Positions 18,618 to 27,338 of a stretch of DNA of 40,573 nt are shown piece after piece (position 1 is the stretch's first letter; each line of letters opens with the position of its first letter). The position numbers and the translations under genes were made by a program. Below the pieces are notes generated by a model that worked only from the letters and a program-made list of their open reading frames with translations, did no database searches and was not told where the DNA came from. Source of the DNA: an uncultured virus (IMG/VR IMGVR_UViG_3300042292_001068) (taxonomy: Duplodnaviria; Heunggongvirae; Uroviricota; Caudoviricetes); IMG/VR virus record IMGVR_UViG_3300042292_001068; one strand, given 5' to 3'.

Positions 18618-18851
18618 ATGGCAAAGACAAAGAAAAAAGCAGTTGTAGGCGAAAAAGCAAAAGTAAAGAAAAATTTTCGTGTTACCTTTGGTTACAATGG
18701 TGAAACTATGAATATTGATTGCGTAGGTGGTAGAAATAAAAAAGCAAGAATGGAATTTATGGATTTAATCAATTCAAAAAGTACATCACCTATTTTTACA
18801 AATATCACTTGTAATCCAATAGAAGTAGCATCAGCATCAGAATCAGTTTAA
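18618..18851 (+). CDS. small basic hypothetical protein
   Basis: 77 aa with a Lys-rich N-terminus; TATATTTG box at 18594-18601. Confidence 0.7.
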   Translation: MAKTKKKAVVGEKAKVKKNFRVTFGYNGETMNIDCVGGRNKKARMEFMDLINSKSTSPIFTNITCNPIEVASASESV

Positions 18852-18859
18852 TTGAAATG

Positions 18860-18889
18860 TAATAAGGGTAGAATTAACTGCCCTTATTA
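18860..18889. terminator. hairpin between convergent genes
   Basis: TAATAAGGGTAG-AATTAA-CTGCCCTTATTA. Confidence 0.6.
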
Positions 18890-19153
18890 TTTCACTAATA
18901 AAGCGGAACTTATAACTCCATTCAATGTGTTTGGTGCAGATGTACCACGAATAACAAAATTAACTTCTTCTCCTTCAATTCCAAATTCCTTTACACCTTG
19001 AATTGAATCAGCGTGTATCATTAGGCATTTAACCTGTGATTGACCAAATTCATATCTTACCTGCCAACCAAAATTATGTGTGTGTATTAAAACACCCTTT
19101 AAGGAATTATTCATTTTATTAGAATTAAATAACGCCCCTTCCGAAGTATTCAT
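18887..19153 (-). CDS. hypothetical protein
   Basis: 88-aa ORF; start uncertain (an internal MNNSL is possible). Confidence 0.6.
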   Translation of the reverse strand: MNTSEGALFNSNKMNNSLKGVLIHTHNFGWQVRYEFGQSQVKCLMIHADSIQGVKEFGIEGEEVNFVIRGTSAPNTLNGVISSALLVK

Positions 19154-19403
19154 TCATTATCTTCTTGCCTTCTTCTTCTTCAACCGATGTAAAAAGTATT
19201 TCAATCATTTCTTCTAACACAAAATCACTTTTATTAATCTTGGTTATCAAATCCTCTCCGTGTTCTTTATCAACAAACTCATATTTGACAAACACATTAA
19301 CTAAATCAAGTGCATCGGTTTTAATTAAAATATCATTGTCGTATGAATATACAAACTCGGCAATAATAGTTCTTTCTTCTTGTGTAAAATCTTCAAATTT
19401 CAT
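19125..19403 (-). CDS. hypothetical protein
   Basis: 92-aa acidic ORF; TACCTTTG box at 19425-19432. Confidence 0.7.
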   Translation of the reverse strand: MKFEDFTQEERTIIAEFVYSYDNDILIKTDALDLVNVFVKYEFVDKEHGEDLITKINKSDFVLEEMIEILFTSVEEEEGKKIMNEYFGRGVI

Positions 19404-19465
19404 ATTATATTTTTTTTATTTTTTCAAAGGTAATAAATTATTTAATAAAATAATTGCGTGTAGTT

Positions 19466-19666
19466 TTATTTTTTGAATTTTATATCATTTTGAAGGATGT
19501 TGTCATAAATTGTTTTATCCTTTGCTTCCAACCTGTATGTTCTCTTTTTAACCTTGTCTTTATTTGTCCATTCAAAAGCACAAACTACAATACAAGCAAG
19601 GGTTTCGCCCTTAATTACTATCTCACATTTCTTTCCTTCTTCTGTTATATCTACACTATAATTCAT
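19466..19666 (-). CDS. hypothetical protein
   Basis: 66 aa; TATCTTTG box at 19695-19702. Confidence 0.65.
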   Translation of the reverse strand: MNYSVDITEEGKKCEIVIKGETLACIVVCAFEWTNKDKVKKRTYRLEAKDKTIYDNILQNDIKFKK

Positions 19667-19784
19667 ATCAAATTGTATTAATTAAGATTATTTACAAAGA
19701 TAACAAATTATTTAATAAAATAATCTTAATGAATAGTAAAATGTGAAAATTTGTTTTGTAGAATAAAAATGCTATCTTTGGTAA

Positions 19785-19907
19785 ATGTATAAATTGATAC
19801 TTATAATCGGAATAATCGTAATTGCATCTGCTTGTAAAAGTAGTAAGGCAAATTGTGATGCGTATGGCGATAACAATACTATAAAAAAAGAAAATAGAAA
19901 TTCATAG
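19785..19907 (+). CDS. small lipoprotein (40 aa)
   Basis: Not in the track: MYKLILIIGIIVIASA-CKSSKANCDAYGDNNTIKKENRNS, with n-region, h-region and lipobox Cys17. Own promoter box at 19773-19780 and terminator at 19930-19965. Confidence 0.75.
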   Translation: MYKLILIIGIIVIASACKSSKANCDAYGDNNTIKKENRNS

Positions 19908-19929
19908 ACCTTTATTTCTCAATCTCAAC

Positions 19930-19965
19930 ATCCCCTTCATACGCTAATTTAGGGGATTTTTTTTT
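19930..19965 (+). terminator. intrinsic terminator
   Basis: ATCCCCT...AGGGGAT plus T-tract. Confidence 0.7.
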
Positions 19966-20020
19966 GTTTTATAATTACCATATTTTTTTATACTTTTACT
20001 CTTTATACAATAAAATAAAA

Positions 20021-20401
20021 ATGGCAAAGAAAAGTCAAGTGAATCAATCAGATATAGAGTGGAAAACACTTCATATTTTTGGTTATGGTGAAACCGAATT
20101 AGTAGAAGATTTACCATTAGATTTTGCAAATAGTTTTGCAAGTGGACAAATGCCCACGATAAATAGTAAGAAAGTGGCGACATCTACGCTAATAAAAGCA
20201 AAAGCGTTAATTGATTTCGTTTATGGAAAAAAACCTGTTGATTCGGATGCAGGTGTAGAATTTCACTCAATTACTATATTAAAGAACTATCGTTGTAGAT
20301 ATATTCCTAAAAATGTTGGTGAAAAAAATTACGAAATTGAATACAATCATATTGATATTTCATTAATTCAAGATTTAGTTGCTGAAATACAAGCGTTATA
20401 A
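20021..20401 (+). CDS. fibre-associated protein, paralogue family B
   Basis: Start moved to ATG 20021 (A-rich leader, downstream of the terminator); similar to 15913; directly upstream of fibre 2. Confidence 0.75.
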   Translation: MAKKSQVNQSDIEWKTLHIFGYGETELVEDLPLDFANSFASGQMPTINSKKVATSTLIKAKALIDFVYGKKPVDSDAGVEFHSITILKNYRCRYIPKNVGEKNYEIEYNHIDISLIQDLVAEIQAL

Positions 20402-20499
20402 TATCTGATTTATCAATAAATCAAATAATCCCTTTCATCATAGTTGGGTATTTTTTATTTTTGTACTTTTATCTTTTATATTAAAAATAAAAACAAACT

Positions 20500-23037
20500 A
20501 TGAGTAATAATTCATTTCGTTTAGTTGGGGCAGGTGTTAATTTTTTATCACCTACTGACTTCATAGTTCAAGTAGATACATCGGCAGGTGCAGTAACACT
20601 AATTATGCCTAAAATATCAACTATATTGGATTCATATACTACTCTTTATCAGTATATGGGTATTCGTTTTATTGATATTTCAAACAACGCATCTGTAAAT
20701 AATATAACAATCGAAGGTTTTGAAACAGATACGATAAATGATGTTACAAGTATAGTTTTAAATACTGATGGTGCAGGTGGTATGGTTTCTTTGATTGGTG
20801 AAAGCCAATGGTCATATCAACAAAATTCAACAAGCGGTGGAAGTCCTATTATACCAACATTACAAGAAGTATTGGATAATAATCACGACCTTGTTGATGG
20901 TAATAATTTTCAAGGAACTTGTGCAGGTGAAGGAAGCGTAGGAATAAATGTAATTGGTATAGGAACTAATTCTGCTTATAAAAACACAGGTAGTTGTATT
21001 ACTGCAATAGGAACTAATTCCGCTTGTAGTAGTAGTGGAGATTTTGTAACTGCATTAGGTTATAATTCTGCCTATAATAATACAGGTGGTTTTGTAACTG
21101 CATCGGGAAATTCTTCTGCGATGGGTAATCAAGGTTTTAATGTAACCGCTTTTGGTTCTCAATCTGCGTATTTAAACAATGGGAATTGCGTTACTGCTAT
21201 CGGTGTTAATAGTGCTATTAGAAACGCAGGTTTTAATGTTATTGCATCGGGTACTCAATCTGCATATTGTAACACAGGTAATATTGTTGTTTCGATTGGT
21301 TCTAATTCTGCATATTGTAACACAGGTAATATTGTTGTTTCGATTGGTTCTAATTCTGCTTATTACAATACAGGAAGCCAAATAAATGCCATTGGTTTTA
21401 ATTCTGCTTATTGTAATACAGGAAATGAAGTAACTGCATCGGGTTATGAATCTGCTTGTCTTAATACAGGAAATCTTGTAAATGCTATTGGTACTAAATC
21501 TGCATTTCAAAATACAGGAAATCTTGTAAATGCTATTGGTACTAAATCTGCTTGTCTTAATACAGGAAATCTTGTAAATGCTATTGGCGAAGGTTCTGCA
21601 TATCAAAACGCAGGTACTTATGTTAATGCTATTGGTACATTCTCGGCAAGAATTAACACAGGAAGTTGCGTTAATTCTATCGGTACATTCTCGGCATATC
21701 AAAACACAGGTGGTTTTGTAAATTCAATGGGATGTGGTGCTTCCCGAAGAAATGCAGGAAGTTGCGTTAATGCTTTTGGAACTTATTCGGCATATTGTAA
21801 TACGGCTAATAATGTAAATGCGTTAGGTGTCAATTCTGCATTTAAAAATACAGGTTGTAATCTAAATGCTTTGGGTTCTCAAACTGCTTTCTGTAATTTT
21901 GGTACAGATGTAAATGCTCTTGGAATTAATTCGGCATATTGTAATAACGCTAATAATCTAAATGCTCTTGGAAGTTATTCTGCTTTTTGTAATAAAGGTT
22001 ATTGTGTAAATGCTATTGGTTCTTGTTCAGCATATAGAAACACAGGTAGTTGTGTAAATGCTATGGGTGTGTCATCCGCATATTGTAATACAGGTTGTAA
22101 TGTAAATTCTATTGGTTATCGTTCAGCAGAATTAAATACAAGTAATGAAATAAATGCTCTTGGAAGTTTTTCTGCTTTTTTAAATACAGGTTATAATGTC
22201 AATGCTATTGGAAATCTATCAGCAAATTGCAATACAGGTTGGTATGTAGATGCTATTGGTTATCGTTCAGCATATTGTAATACAGGTTGTGATGTAACTG
22301 CATCGGGTTATCGTTCAGCAGAATCAAATATAGGTAAATGTGTAACTGCCATTGGTCGTTTATCTGCATATTTCAATCAAGGTGATTATTCAAATGCTAT
22401 TGGTTCTTGTTCAGCAAGACAAAATACAGGTTGTCAAGTAAATGCTATTGGAAGTAATTCTGCATATCAAAACACAGGAAATTATGTAAATGCTATTGGA
22501 TTACAATCAGCATTATTAAATACAGGTGCTTATTCAAATGGTATAGGATATGCTACGCTTCAAAGAAACACAGGAAGTTATGTAAATGCTATTGGTGTCA
22601 ATACTGCTTTCTGCAATATAGGTAGTCAAATCAATTCATTTGGTATTAGTTCAGCAGTTTGTAATAGCGGTAGTAATGTAGATGTTATTGGTACTAATTC
22701 TGCATATCGTAATACAGGAAGTGAAGTTATTGGTATTGGTTATCAATCTTTATATTGTAACACAGGTTCTTCTATTGTTGCATTAGGTAAAAATGCAGGA
22801 AGAAAAAATTGTGCGACATATACCACAATGATTGGCGAAAGTGCAGGGTATAATGCAACATTAGATACAGGTAATGCTATTGCAGGTCAATTTATTATTG
22901 GAAATCCTACCTTACCAAGTTACTTAAATTATGCTACGGCAGTTGCGAACATAACTATTGGTGCAGGGGCAGTTGCTTGTAGTACATACTTATTCTACAA
23001 TCAATCAAATTGCTCTATTGAAGCAGTAAGATTATAA
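20500..23037 (+). CDS. fibre/adhesin protein 2: shared anchor domain plus about 45 Cys-rich 14-aa beta-solenoid repeats
   Basis: Repeat consensus VNAIGxxSAYxNTGxx; PTLQEVLDN linker; shared N-terminal domain. Confidence 0.85.
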   Translation: MSNNSFRLVGAGVNFLSPTDFIVQVDTSAGAVTLIMPKISTILDSYTTLYQYMGIRFIDISNNASVNNITIEGFETDTINDVTSIVLNTDGAGGMVSLIGESQWSYQQNSTSGGSPIIPTLQEVLDNNHDLVDGNNFQGTCAGEGSVGINVIGIGTNSAYKNTGSCITAIGTNSACSSSGDFVTALGYNSAYNNTGGFVTASGNSSAMGNQGFNVTAFGSQSAYLNNGNCVTAIGVNSAIRNAGFNVIASGTQSAYCNTGNIVVSIGSNSAYCNTGNIVVSIGSNSAYYNTGSQINAIGFNSAYCNTGNEVTASGYESACLNTGNLVNAIGTKSAFQNTGNLVNAIGTKSACLNTGNLVNAIGEGSAYQNAGTYVNAIGTFSARINTGSCVNSIGTFSAYQNTGGFVNSMGCGASRRNAGSCVNAFGTYSAYCNTANNVNALGVNSAFKNTGCNLNALGSQTAFCNFGTDVNALGINSAYCNNANNLNALGSYSAFCNKGYCVNAIGSCSAYRNTGSCVNAMGVSSAYCNTGCNVNSIGYRSAELNTSNEINALGSFSAFLNTGYNVNAIGNLSANCNTGWYVDAIGYRSAYCNTGCDVTASGYRSAESNIGKCVTAIGRLSAYFNQGDYSNAIGSCSARQNTGCQVNAIGSNSAYQNTGNYVNAIGLQSALLNTGAYSNGIGYATLQRNTGSYVNAIGVNTAFCNIGSQINSFGISSAVCNSGSNVDVIGTNSAYRNTGSEVIGIGYQSLYCNTGSSIVALGKNAGRKNCATYTTMIGESAGYNATLDTGNAIAGQFIIGNPTLPSYLNYATAVANITIGAGAVACSTYLFYNQSNCSIEAVRL
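21259..21590 (+). repeat. near-identical 42-nt coding tandem repeats inside fibre 2
   Basis: TCTGCATATTGTAACACAGGTAATATTGTTGTTTCGATTGGTTCTAAT-type unit twice; AATACAGGAAATCTTGTAAATGCTATTGG three times at 42-nt spacing. Confidence 0.85.
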
Positions 23038-23074
23038 ATTAGTTATATTAATTTATTTACATTTAAAAAAAGAT

Positions 23075-23224
23075 ATGATAGTTCAACAAATGAATTTTAA
23101 CAATAAGCCAACAGGTGAAATAAGTGGAAAATTTGTTATTGGTTTTTTAGCATTTTTAACCATAGGTGTTGTAGGTATTTATATACTTAAAAAAGTAAAT
23201 GATAAAAAGCAAGTCCAAGAATAA
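23075..23224 (+). CDS. small single-TM membrane protein (49 aa)
   Basis: Not in the track: MIVQQMNFNNKPTGEISGKFVIGFLAFLTIGVVGIYILKKVNDKKQVQE. Confidence 0.65.
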   Translation: MIVQQMNFNNKPTGEISGKFVIGFLAFLTIGVVGIYILKKVNDKKQVQE

Positions 23225-23231
23225 GGAAAAT

Positions 23232-23255
23232 AAAAAAGGGGGCATAAACCCCCTT
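23232..23255 (-). terminator. intrinsic terminator, possibly bidirectional
   Basis: Minus strand AAGGGGG-TTTATG-CCCCCTTTTTT, just after the stop of 23259..23714. Confidence 0.75.
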
Positions 23256-23258
23256 CTA

Positions 23259-23714
23259 TTATAATTGCATTGGTTCTTCTAACCAAATACTGAAATCATC
23301 GCCAACCCTCTCCCGAACAAATCGCAGGGCATCTGCAATCGTTGGATATTCAGTCCGTGTAATACCTTCCCAAGCACGACCATCATTCAGTAAATCGAAT
23401 CCACCTTGAAAGGAATTATATCCCCTATCTTCATCATACTTGCGTATAATGTAATAGCGTGGTATCTGATTAGAAAGCGAACTCCATCTTTCAACATCTG
23501 TTGAGTAGTCCATCACTTCGTAGCCACCTAAAAACAACCTGTTTTCAGAAACAACTACTTCATCGCTTGAATAACCTTCGGGCATTAATTGAATACCACT
23601 ATAAGATGTTCCATCAAAATCGTGAATTTCAACAAAAAATTCATCCTTCGATGTAACTATGTATCTCGCACCTGTTTGGGTAGTGCAAACCTCATTTAAA
23701 CGAAACCCTTTCAT
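23259..23714 (-). CDS. hypothetical protein
   Basis: 151-aa ORF, visibly less AT-rich than its flanks. Confidence 0.75.
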   Translation of the reverse strand: MKGFRLNEVCTTQTGARYIVTSKDEFFVEIHDFDGTSYSGIQLMPEGYSSDEVVVSENRLFLGGYEVMDYSTDVERWSSLSNQIPRYYIIRKYDEDRGYNSFQGGFDLLNDGRAWEGITRTEYPTIADALRFVRERVGDDFSIWLEEPMQL

Positions 23715-23731
23715 ATCTCAAAAATTAGGGT

Positions 23732-23760
23732 AGGATTAACTTGCCGTAATCCCTTCGGCA
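23732..23760 (-). promoter_or_regulatory. 5'-leader H-type pseudoknot, copy 1
   Basis: UGCCG-AA-GGGAUUA-CGGCA-AGU-UAAUCCU, ending 17 nt before ATG 23714. Confidence 0.65.
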
Positions 23761-23772
23761 TTTTAATAAAAA

Positions 23773-24072
23773 CTAATCTTCTAATCCTTCCAAAAAACGA
23801 TAATAACTAATTCTATCATTTTCAAATCTTTCCATAGAATTATGAGAACTCATTCTGTCCTTGTGTCGTTCTTCTTGTGTCATAATAGAAACATCACAAA
23901 TTATTGCATCTGCAACTTCACGCAAGAACAATTTAGCAACAGGATTGTGGGTTTCATAACCTGCTTCAATCAATGTTTCACTATTTTCTTCATCTTTCCA
24001 CCACGCCATAAAAATATCACGCAAATCTTCTATTTGCTTTTCACTTAACGCTAACAACTTAACACTTTCCAT
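23773..24072 (-). CDS. hypothetical protein
   Basis: Start moved to ATG 24072 (MESVKLL); the promoter box 24129-24136 and structured leader lie in the extra 5' part of the track ORF. Confidence 0.75.
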   Translation of the reverse strand: MESVKLLALSEKQIEDLRDIFMAWWKDEENSETLIEAGYETHNPVAKLFLREVADAIICDVSIMTQEERHKDRMSSHNSMERFENDRISYYRFLEGLED

Positions 24073-24090
24073 AACACAAAAATTAAACTT

Positions 24091-24118
24091 GGGAGTAACG
24101 AGCCGTACCCCCTTCGGC
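24091..24118 (-). promoter_or_regulatory. 5'-leader H-type pseudoknot, copy 2
   Basis: GCCG-AA-GGGGGUA-CGGC-UCGU-UACUCCC, ending 18 nt before ATG 24072. Confidence 0.65.
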
Positions 24119-24178
24119 ATTGACAAAACAAAGATATAGGTCATCTGTGCAATCAATCTGCATAGCAACGATAAATTT

Positions 24179-24466
24179 TCACCAACCCCCGAAATTGCTC
24201 ACATCATTCATTACTTCAACACTCTTAATGTTGTTTATACGCATATAGGATTTTACTATTTGCTTACCACCATAGAATACCACTTCTTTCGTTTCTCGGT
24301 TCACGAAATAATATTTATAGTCAGAATAGTATAACCATTGATTCACTTCTGTATCTTCAAATAGATGATACAACCTACCTTCATTCTCTACTGCCTTTCT
24401 ATATAGGTCAAGTAGTTCTGCCAATTTGTCTTGCTTCTGTTTAATCTGCTCTATCTTATCTTTCAT
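24179..24466 (-). CDS. hypothetical protein
   Basis: 95 aa; TAAATTTG box 4 nt before the ATG. Confidence 0.7.
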   Translation of the reverse strand: MKDKIEQIKQKQDKLAELLDLYRKAVENEGRLYHLFEDTEVNQWLYYSDYKYYFVNRETKEVVFYGGKQIVKSYMRINNIKSVEVMNDVSNFGGW

Positions 24467-24591
24467 AGAACAAATTTATAACGATACAATGCACTCTATC
24501 TGCACTCAATCATCTTAATTTATTTTTTTTTACCAATAGGTATATTATTTAATAAAATAATTATATTTGTAAAAATTAAAAACGAGCAAGT

Positions 24592-24969
24592 ATGGAAAAG
24601 GTAATGCAAAAAGTTATTGAAACTGAAATTGTTTCATTAGAAAGAGATTCAAAAGAATATAAGGCAGTAATGTCTGAATATTTAAGAATTGAAGTAAAAG
24701 AATTAGGTGAAAAAGAAGCCAACGAAAAATTTGAAGGTGTAAATTCAGAATTTATTTATGGAACGAAAAGCATCTATAAATTTGATGATGGATTAGTGCG
24801 AAATGTTATTCAGTTAAATTTCTTGTCGCCAACATTTACTCCCGAAACATTTGAATATAGCAACCACATTCAAAATTGGTCGCTTATCGCTTGTGAAGAA
24901 GATGGGCATACTCATTTACTTCAAAGTATAGAACTTCACACATTCTGTATGCACGAAGGGGGGCATTAA
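24592..24969 (+). CDS. hypothetical protein with a His/Cys-rich C-terminus
   Basis: 125 aa; CEEDGHTH...HTFCMHEGGH; TATATTTG box at 24562-24569. Confidence 0.75.
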   Translation: MEKVMQKVIETEIVSLERDSKEYKAVMSEYLRIEVKELGEKEANEKFEGVNSEFIYGTKSIYKFDDGLVRNVIQLNFLSPTFTPETFEYSNHIQNWSLIACEEDGHTHLLQSIELHTFCMHEGGH

Positions 24970-24992
24970 TTAATTGCTTAATTAAATAAATT

Positions 24993-25022
24993 AGGGGTAG
25001 CATAACGCTATCCCTTTTTTTT
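24993..25022 (+). terminator. intrinsic terminator
   Basis: AGGGGTAGC-ATAAC-GCTATCCCT plus T-tract, immediately followed by a TAAGTTTG box at 25024-25031. Confidence 0.8.
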
Positions 25023-25051
25023 GTAAGTTTGTTTTTCTAAAAAGATTTAAA

Positions 25052-25429
25052 ATGGAAAAATTCTCTAATAAAAAAATAATTATATCACTATTGGTAATTG
25101 GTGTTGTTGTCGGTGGTGCTATTTATATCTACCGAAAAAATAAAAAGAAAACAGAAACAGGTTCTACTGATACAGGAACAACTACTACTGAAAAAGATGC
25201 TTTGGAAATGGCTGATGTTTTAGGTAAAAAAGACCAAAATATTCCAATTATCTTTATGAAGAAATTCGTTGATTTATATACAAAGAATATCAATAAAGAT
25301 TTACATAAAACATTATTGGTAGTTGCATCTAAAAAAGAAAGCGAATGGACTACACAAGAAAAATTAGATATGTCTATTCTAATCAATAAAGTATTCTTGC
25401 CTTTATCAACTGAAATGGGCGTAAAATAA
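25052..25429 (+). CDS. N-terminally anchored membrane protein, paralogue family A
   Basis: KKIIISLLVIGVVVGGAIYIYRKNKKK; FVDLYTKNINKDLH...SEWTTQE. Confidence 0.8.
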   Translation: MEKFSNKKIIISLLVIGVVVGGAIYIYRKNKKKTETGSTDTGTTTTEKDALEMADVLGKKDQNIPIIFMKKFVDLYTKNINKDLHKTLLVVASKKESEWTTQEKLDMSILINKVFLPLSTEMGVK

Positions 25430-25450
25430 AAACAACTTAAAAAAATAAAG

Positions 25451-25822
25451 ATGAATAAAGTATATTATTTTATAAATGATTACACGACAAAATATGGTGT
25501 AGTTAAAAAAGGAGATTCCTTAACAGGTAGATTCAGTCCAAGTACAAAGAAAATTGTATTTGAGTTCTTTGAAAAAACTGATAAGGAAAAAGCAGATTCG
25601 GGTGAAGGTGTTTTTAGTATTAATGAATCGGATTTAAAAAACTTTGCAACTGATGTCGCACCAACTGATGTAAAAACAAAAGATGATACAAAAGTGGGTG
25701 ATGATAAAAAAGCAACCACAGGTTTTCGTAGTTGGTCGGGAACAAAGAAAGCAGTCGTTGTAGGTAGTGGATTGGCAGTATTAGGATTAGCAGTATGGTT
25801 TTTCGCTATCCGTAAGAAATAA
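25451..25822 (+). CDS. tail-anchored membrane protein
   Basis: C-terminal AVVVGSGLAVLGLAVWFFAIRKK. Confidence 0.8.
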   Translation: MNKVYYFINDYTTKYGVVKKGDSLTGRFSPSTKKIVFEFFEKTDKEKADSGEGVFSINESDLKNFATDVAPTDVKTKDDTKVGDDKKATTGFRSWSGTKKAVVVGSGLAVLGLAVWFFAIRKK

Positions 25823-25843
25823 AATCAATTAATAATTAAAATG

Positions 25844-25874
25844 AATCCTGTTCTTAATTGAATGGGATTTTTTT
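25844..25874 (+). terminator. intrinsic terminator
   Basis: AATCCTGTTC-TTAATT-GAATGGGATT plus T-tract. Confidence 0.75.
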
Positions 25875-25894
25875 ATTACCATATTTATTTTCAT

Positions 25895-26395
25895 TTAATC
25901 AATCATTTTTGATTTATTACTCGAACCTGTTAATTTAATAAAATCAACTTCTACCTTTACAGAATTAATTATTGTTTGACCAAGCATAGAGATAGATTTT
26001 GCTTTTTCAACATCAAGCGTTCCTGCTTTAACCATTCTCATTGATTCAAATATTATTTCTCGCATTGAATCAAAATTATCTACACTTTTTTTATCGGTAT
26101 TTTCATTCATAATTTTTGGTTTTATTTCTGTTGGTTTTACCCAAGATAAATTAATATTTTCTGTTGGTTTAATTTTTTCTTTTTTGATTTCATTTATTTT
26201 AAATTCTGTAATCCATTTGGCTAAATCGTGTTCGGAAATAACCTCATTTATGGTTCTTTCAGATGCACCATAACCTGTTTTTATGTAAATAGAAATTTGT
26301 TCAGTTCCTTCATAATAACAATAATTGCTTATATAGGATAAATTTCCGAACCTATTAGAGAATTTTTGTTTCGTATCAAGTTCTTTAAAAATCAT
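25895..26395 (-). CDS. phage hypothetical protein
   Basis: C-terminal LDVEKAKSIS.LGQTIINSVKVEVDF helix pattern common in phages; ATGA overlap. Confidence 0.75.
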   Translation of the reverse strand: MIFKELDTKQKFSNRFGNLSYISNYCYYEGTEQISIYIKTGYGASERTINEVISEHDLAKWITEFKINEIKKEKIKPTENINLSWVKPTEIKPKIMNENTDKKSVDNFDSMREIIFESMRMVKAGTLDVEKAKSISMLGQTIINSVKVEVDFIKLTGSSNKSKMID

Positions 26396-26802
26396 TTGTG
26401 TTTATGTAATTCTGTAAATAAATTCAAAATAGGTATTAAGTTTTCAGCACTACAAGGCAATTCAACCGATTCAAAAACACCACAATTAGGACAAAAAATA
26501 TGTATAGAAGTTCCATCTGATTTAACTAATGGGTTTTGCATTTTTTTTATCGTTCTATTAAGAATAATTAAATCTGAATAGAAATTCAACATTTCTTCCG
26601 ATAATCCTTTTCCTTTGTAGTGGTTAATAACATCAGACCGAGTAATTAAATTATTTGCATTAAGAAGCCTATCTGTTAAAGAAGTTTTTTTTTTGGAACA
26701 ATCACGACAAGGTTTTCTTATCTTACCTCTGCGTTTGTCGAACCAATATTCATATTCTTCTTTCGGAACGCCACATTTAGTACAAACGATTAAATCACTC
26801 AT
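26392..26802 (-). CDS. zinc-finger protein
   Basis: CTKC...CRDC at the N-terminus plus CPNC. Confidence 0.75.
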   Translation of the reverse strand: MSDLIVCTKCGVPKEEYEYWFDKRRGKIRKPCRDCSKKKTSLTDRLLNANNLITRSDVINHYKGKGLSEEMLNFYSDLIILNRTIKKMQNPLVKSDGTSIHIFCPNCGVFESVELPCSAENLIPILNLFTELHKHK

Positions 26803-26920
26803 TATCTAATAATGATAAATCAAAATCAATTATATCCATAACATCAACAAATGTTATAAATGCAGATAGTAAAATAATTACCCACAAAAATAACGCTAAA
26901 AAATAATATAATACTTTCAT
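26795..26920 (-). CDS. small membrane protein (41 aa)
   Basis: Start moved to ATG 26920: MKVLYYFLALFLWVIILLSAFITFV... Confidence 0.55.
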   Translation of the reverse strand: MKVLYYFLALFLWVIILLSAFITFVDVMDIIDFDLSLLDNE

Positions 26921-26925
26921 AAATT

Positions 26926-27336
26926 TTAATATATTAAATCTGTCCAATGAATTAATTTGCCTGTGAAATCTTCCGAGAACCAAGCAAAAAAATCAGTAAG
27001 GTTATCAAAACCATCGTTTTTAGCCAATACTTCAATAACCATTTTATCAGTATCTTGAAACGAATGATTGGTAACATTTACACCATCAATAAAAACCATA
27101 ACACCTCTACTTTCGCTAACCAATCCTTTATTGTGAGTTTGCCACTTAAATTCAATCTTTTGAGTTCCAATACATATCTGTTCGGTAAACTTATTATATT
27201 GTTTTGTGCGAACACCTGTCGCCATATCAATTAATCTACCTTCTTTCCAACGATTAGTTGCATCTTCACGAATAGTATGTTTTTTTGTTCCATCTAAAAT
27301 TTTAGAAACAAATTGATTTTTAAATCCCAATACCAT
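26926..27336 (-). CDS. ASCH/PUA-like domain protein
   Basis: F..KILDGTKKHTIR (GxKxxTxR)...ATGVRTK...LAKNDGF. Confidence 0.75.
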   Translation of the reverse strand: MVLGFKNQFVSKILDGTKKHTIREDATNRWKEGRLIDMATGVRTKQYNKFTEQICIGTQKIEFKWQTHNKGLVSESRGVMVFIDGVNVTNHSFQDTDKMVIEVLAKNDGFDNLTDFFAWFSEDFTGKLIHWTDLIY

Positions 27337-27338
27337 AA

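Noticed and set aside
21172..21702. 176-aa repetitive minus-strand ORF (and 12344..12685, 12965..13159)
   Set aside because: Antisense shadows of the repetitive fibre genes.
20500..23037. Diversity-generating retroelement acting on the fibres
   Set aside because: No reverse transcriptase and no non-coding template repeat differing only at adenines; the repeats are in-frame tandem units.
16229..24594. Shared leader AAACGAGCAA(G)TATG before 16240 and 24592
   Set aside because: Only two short copies before unrelated genes; too little to call a regulatory element.
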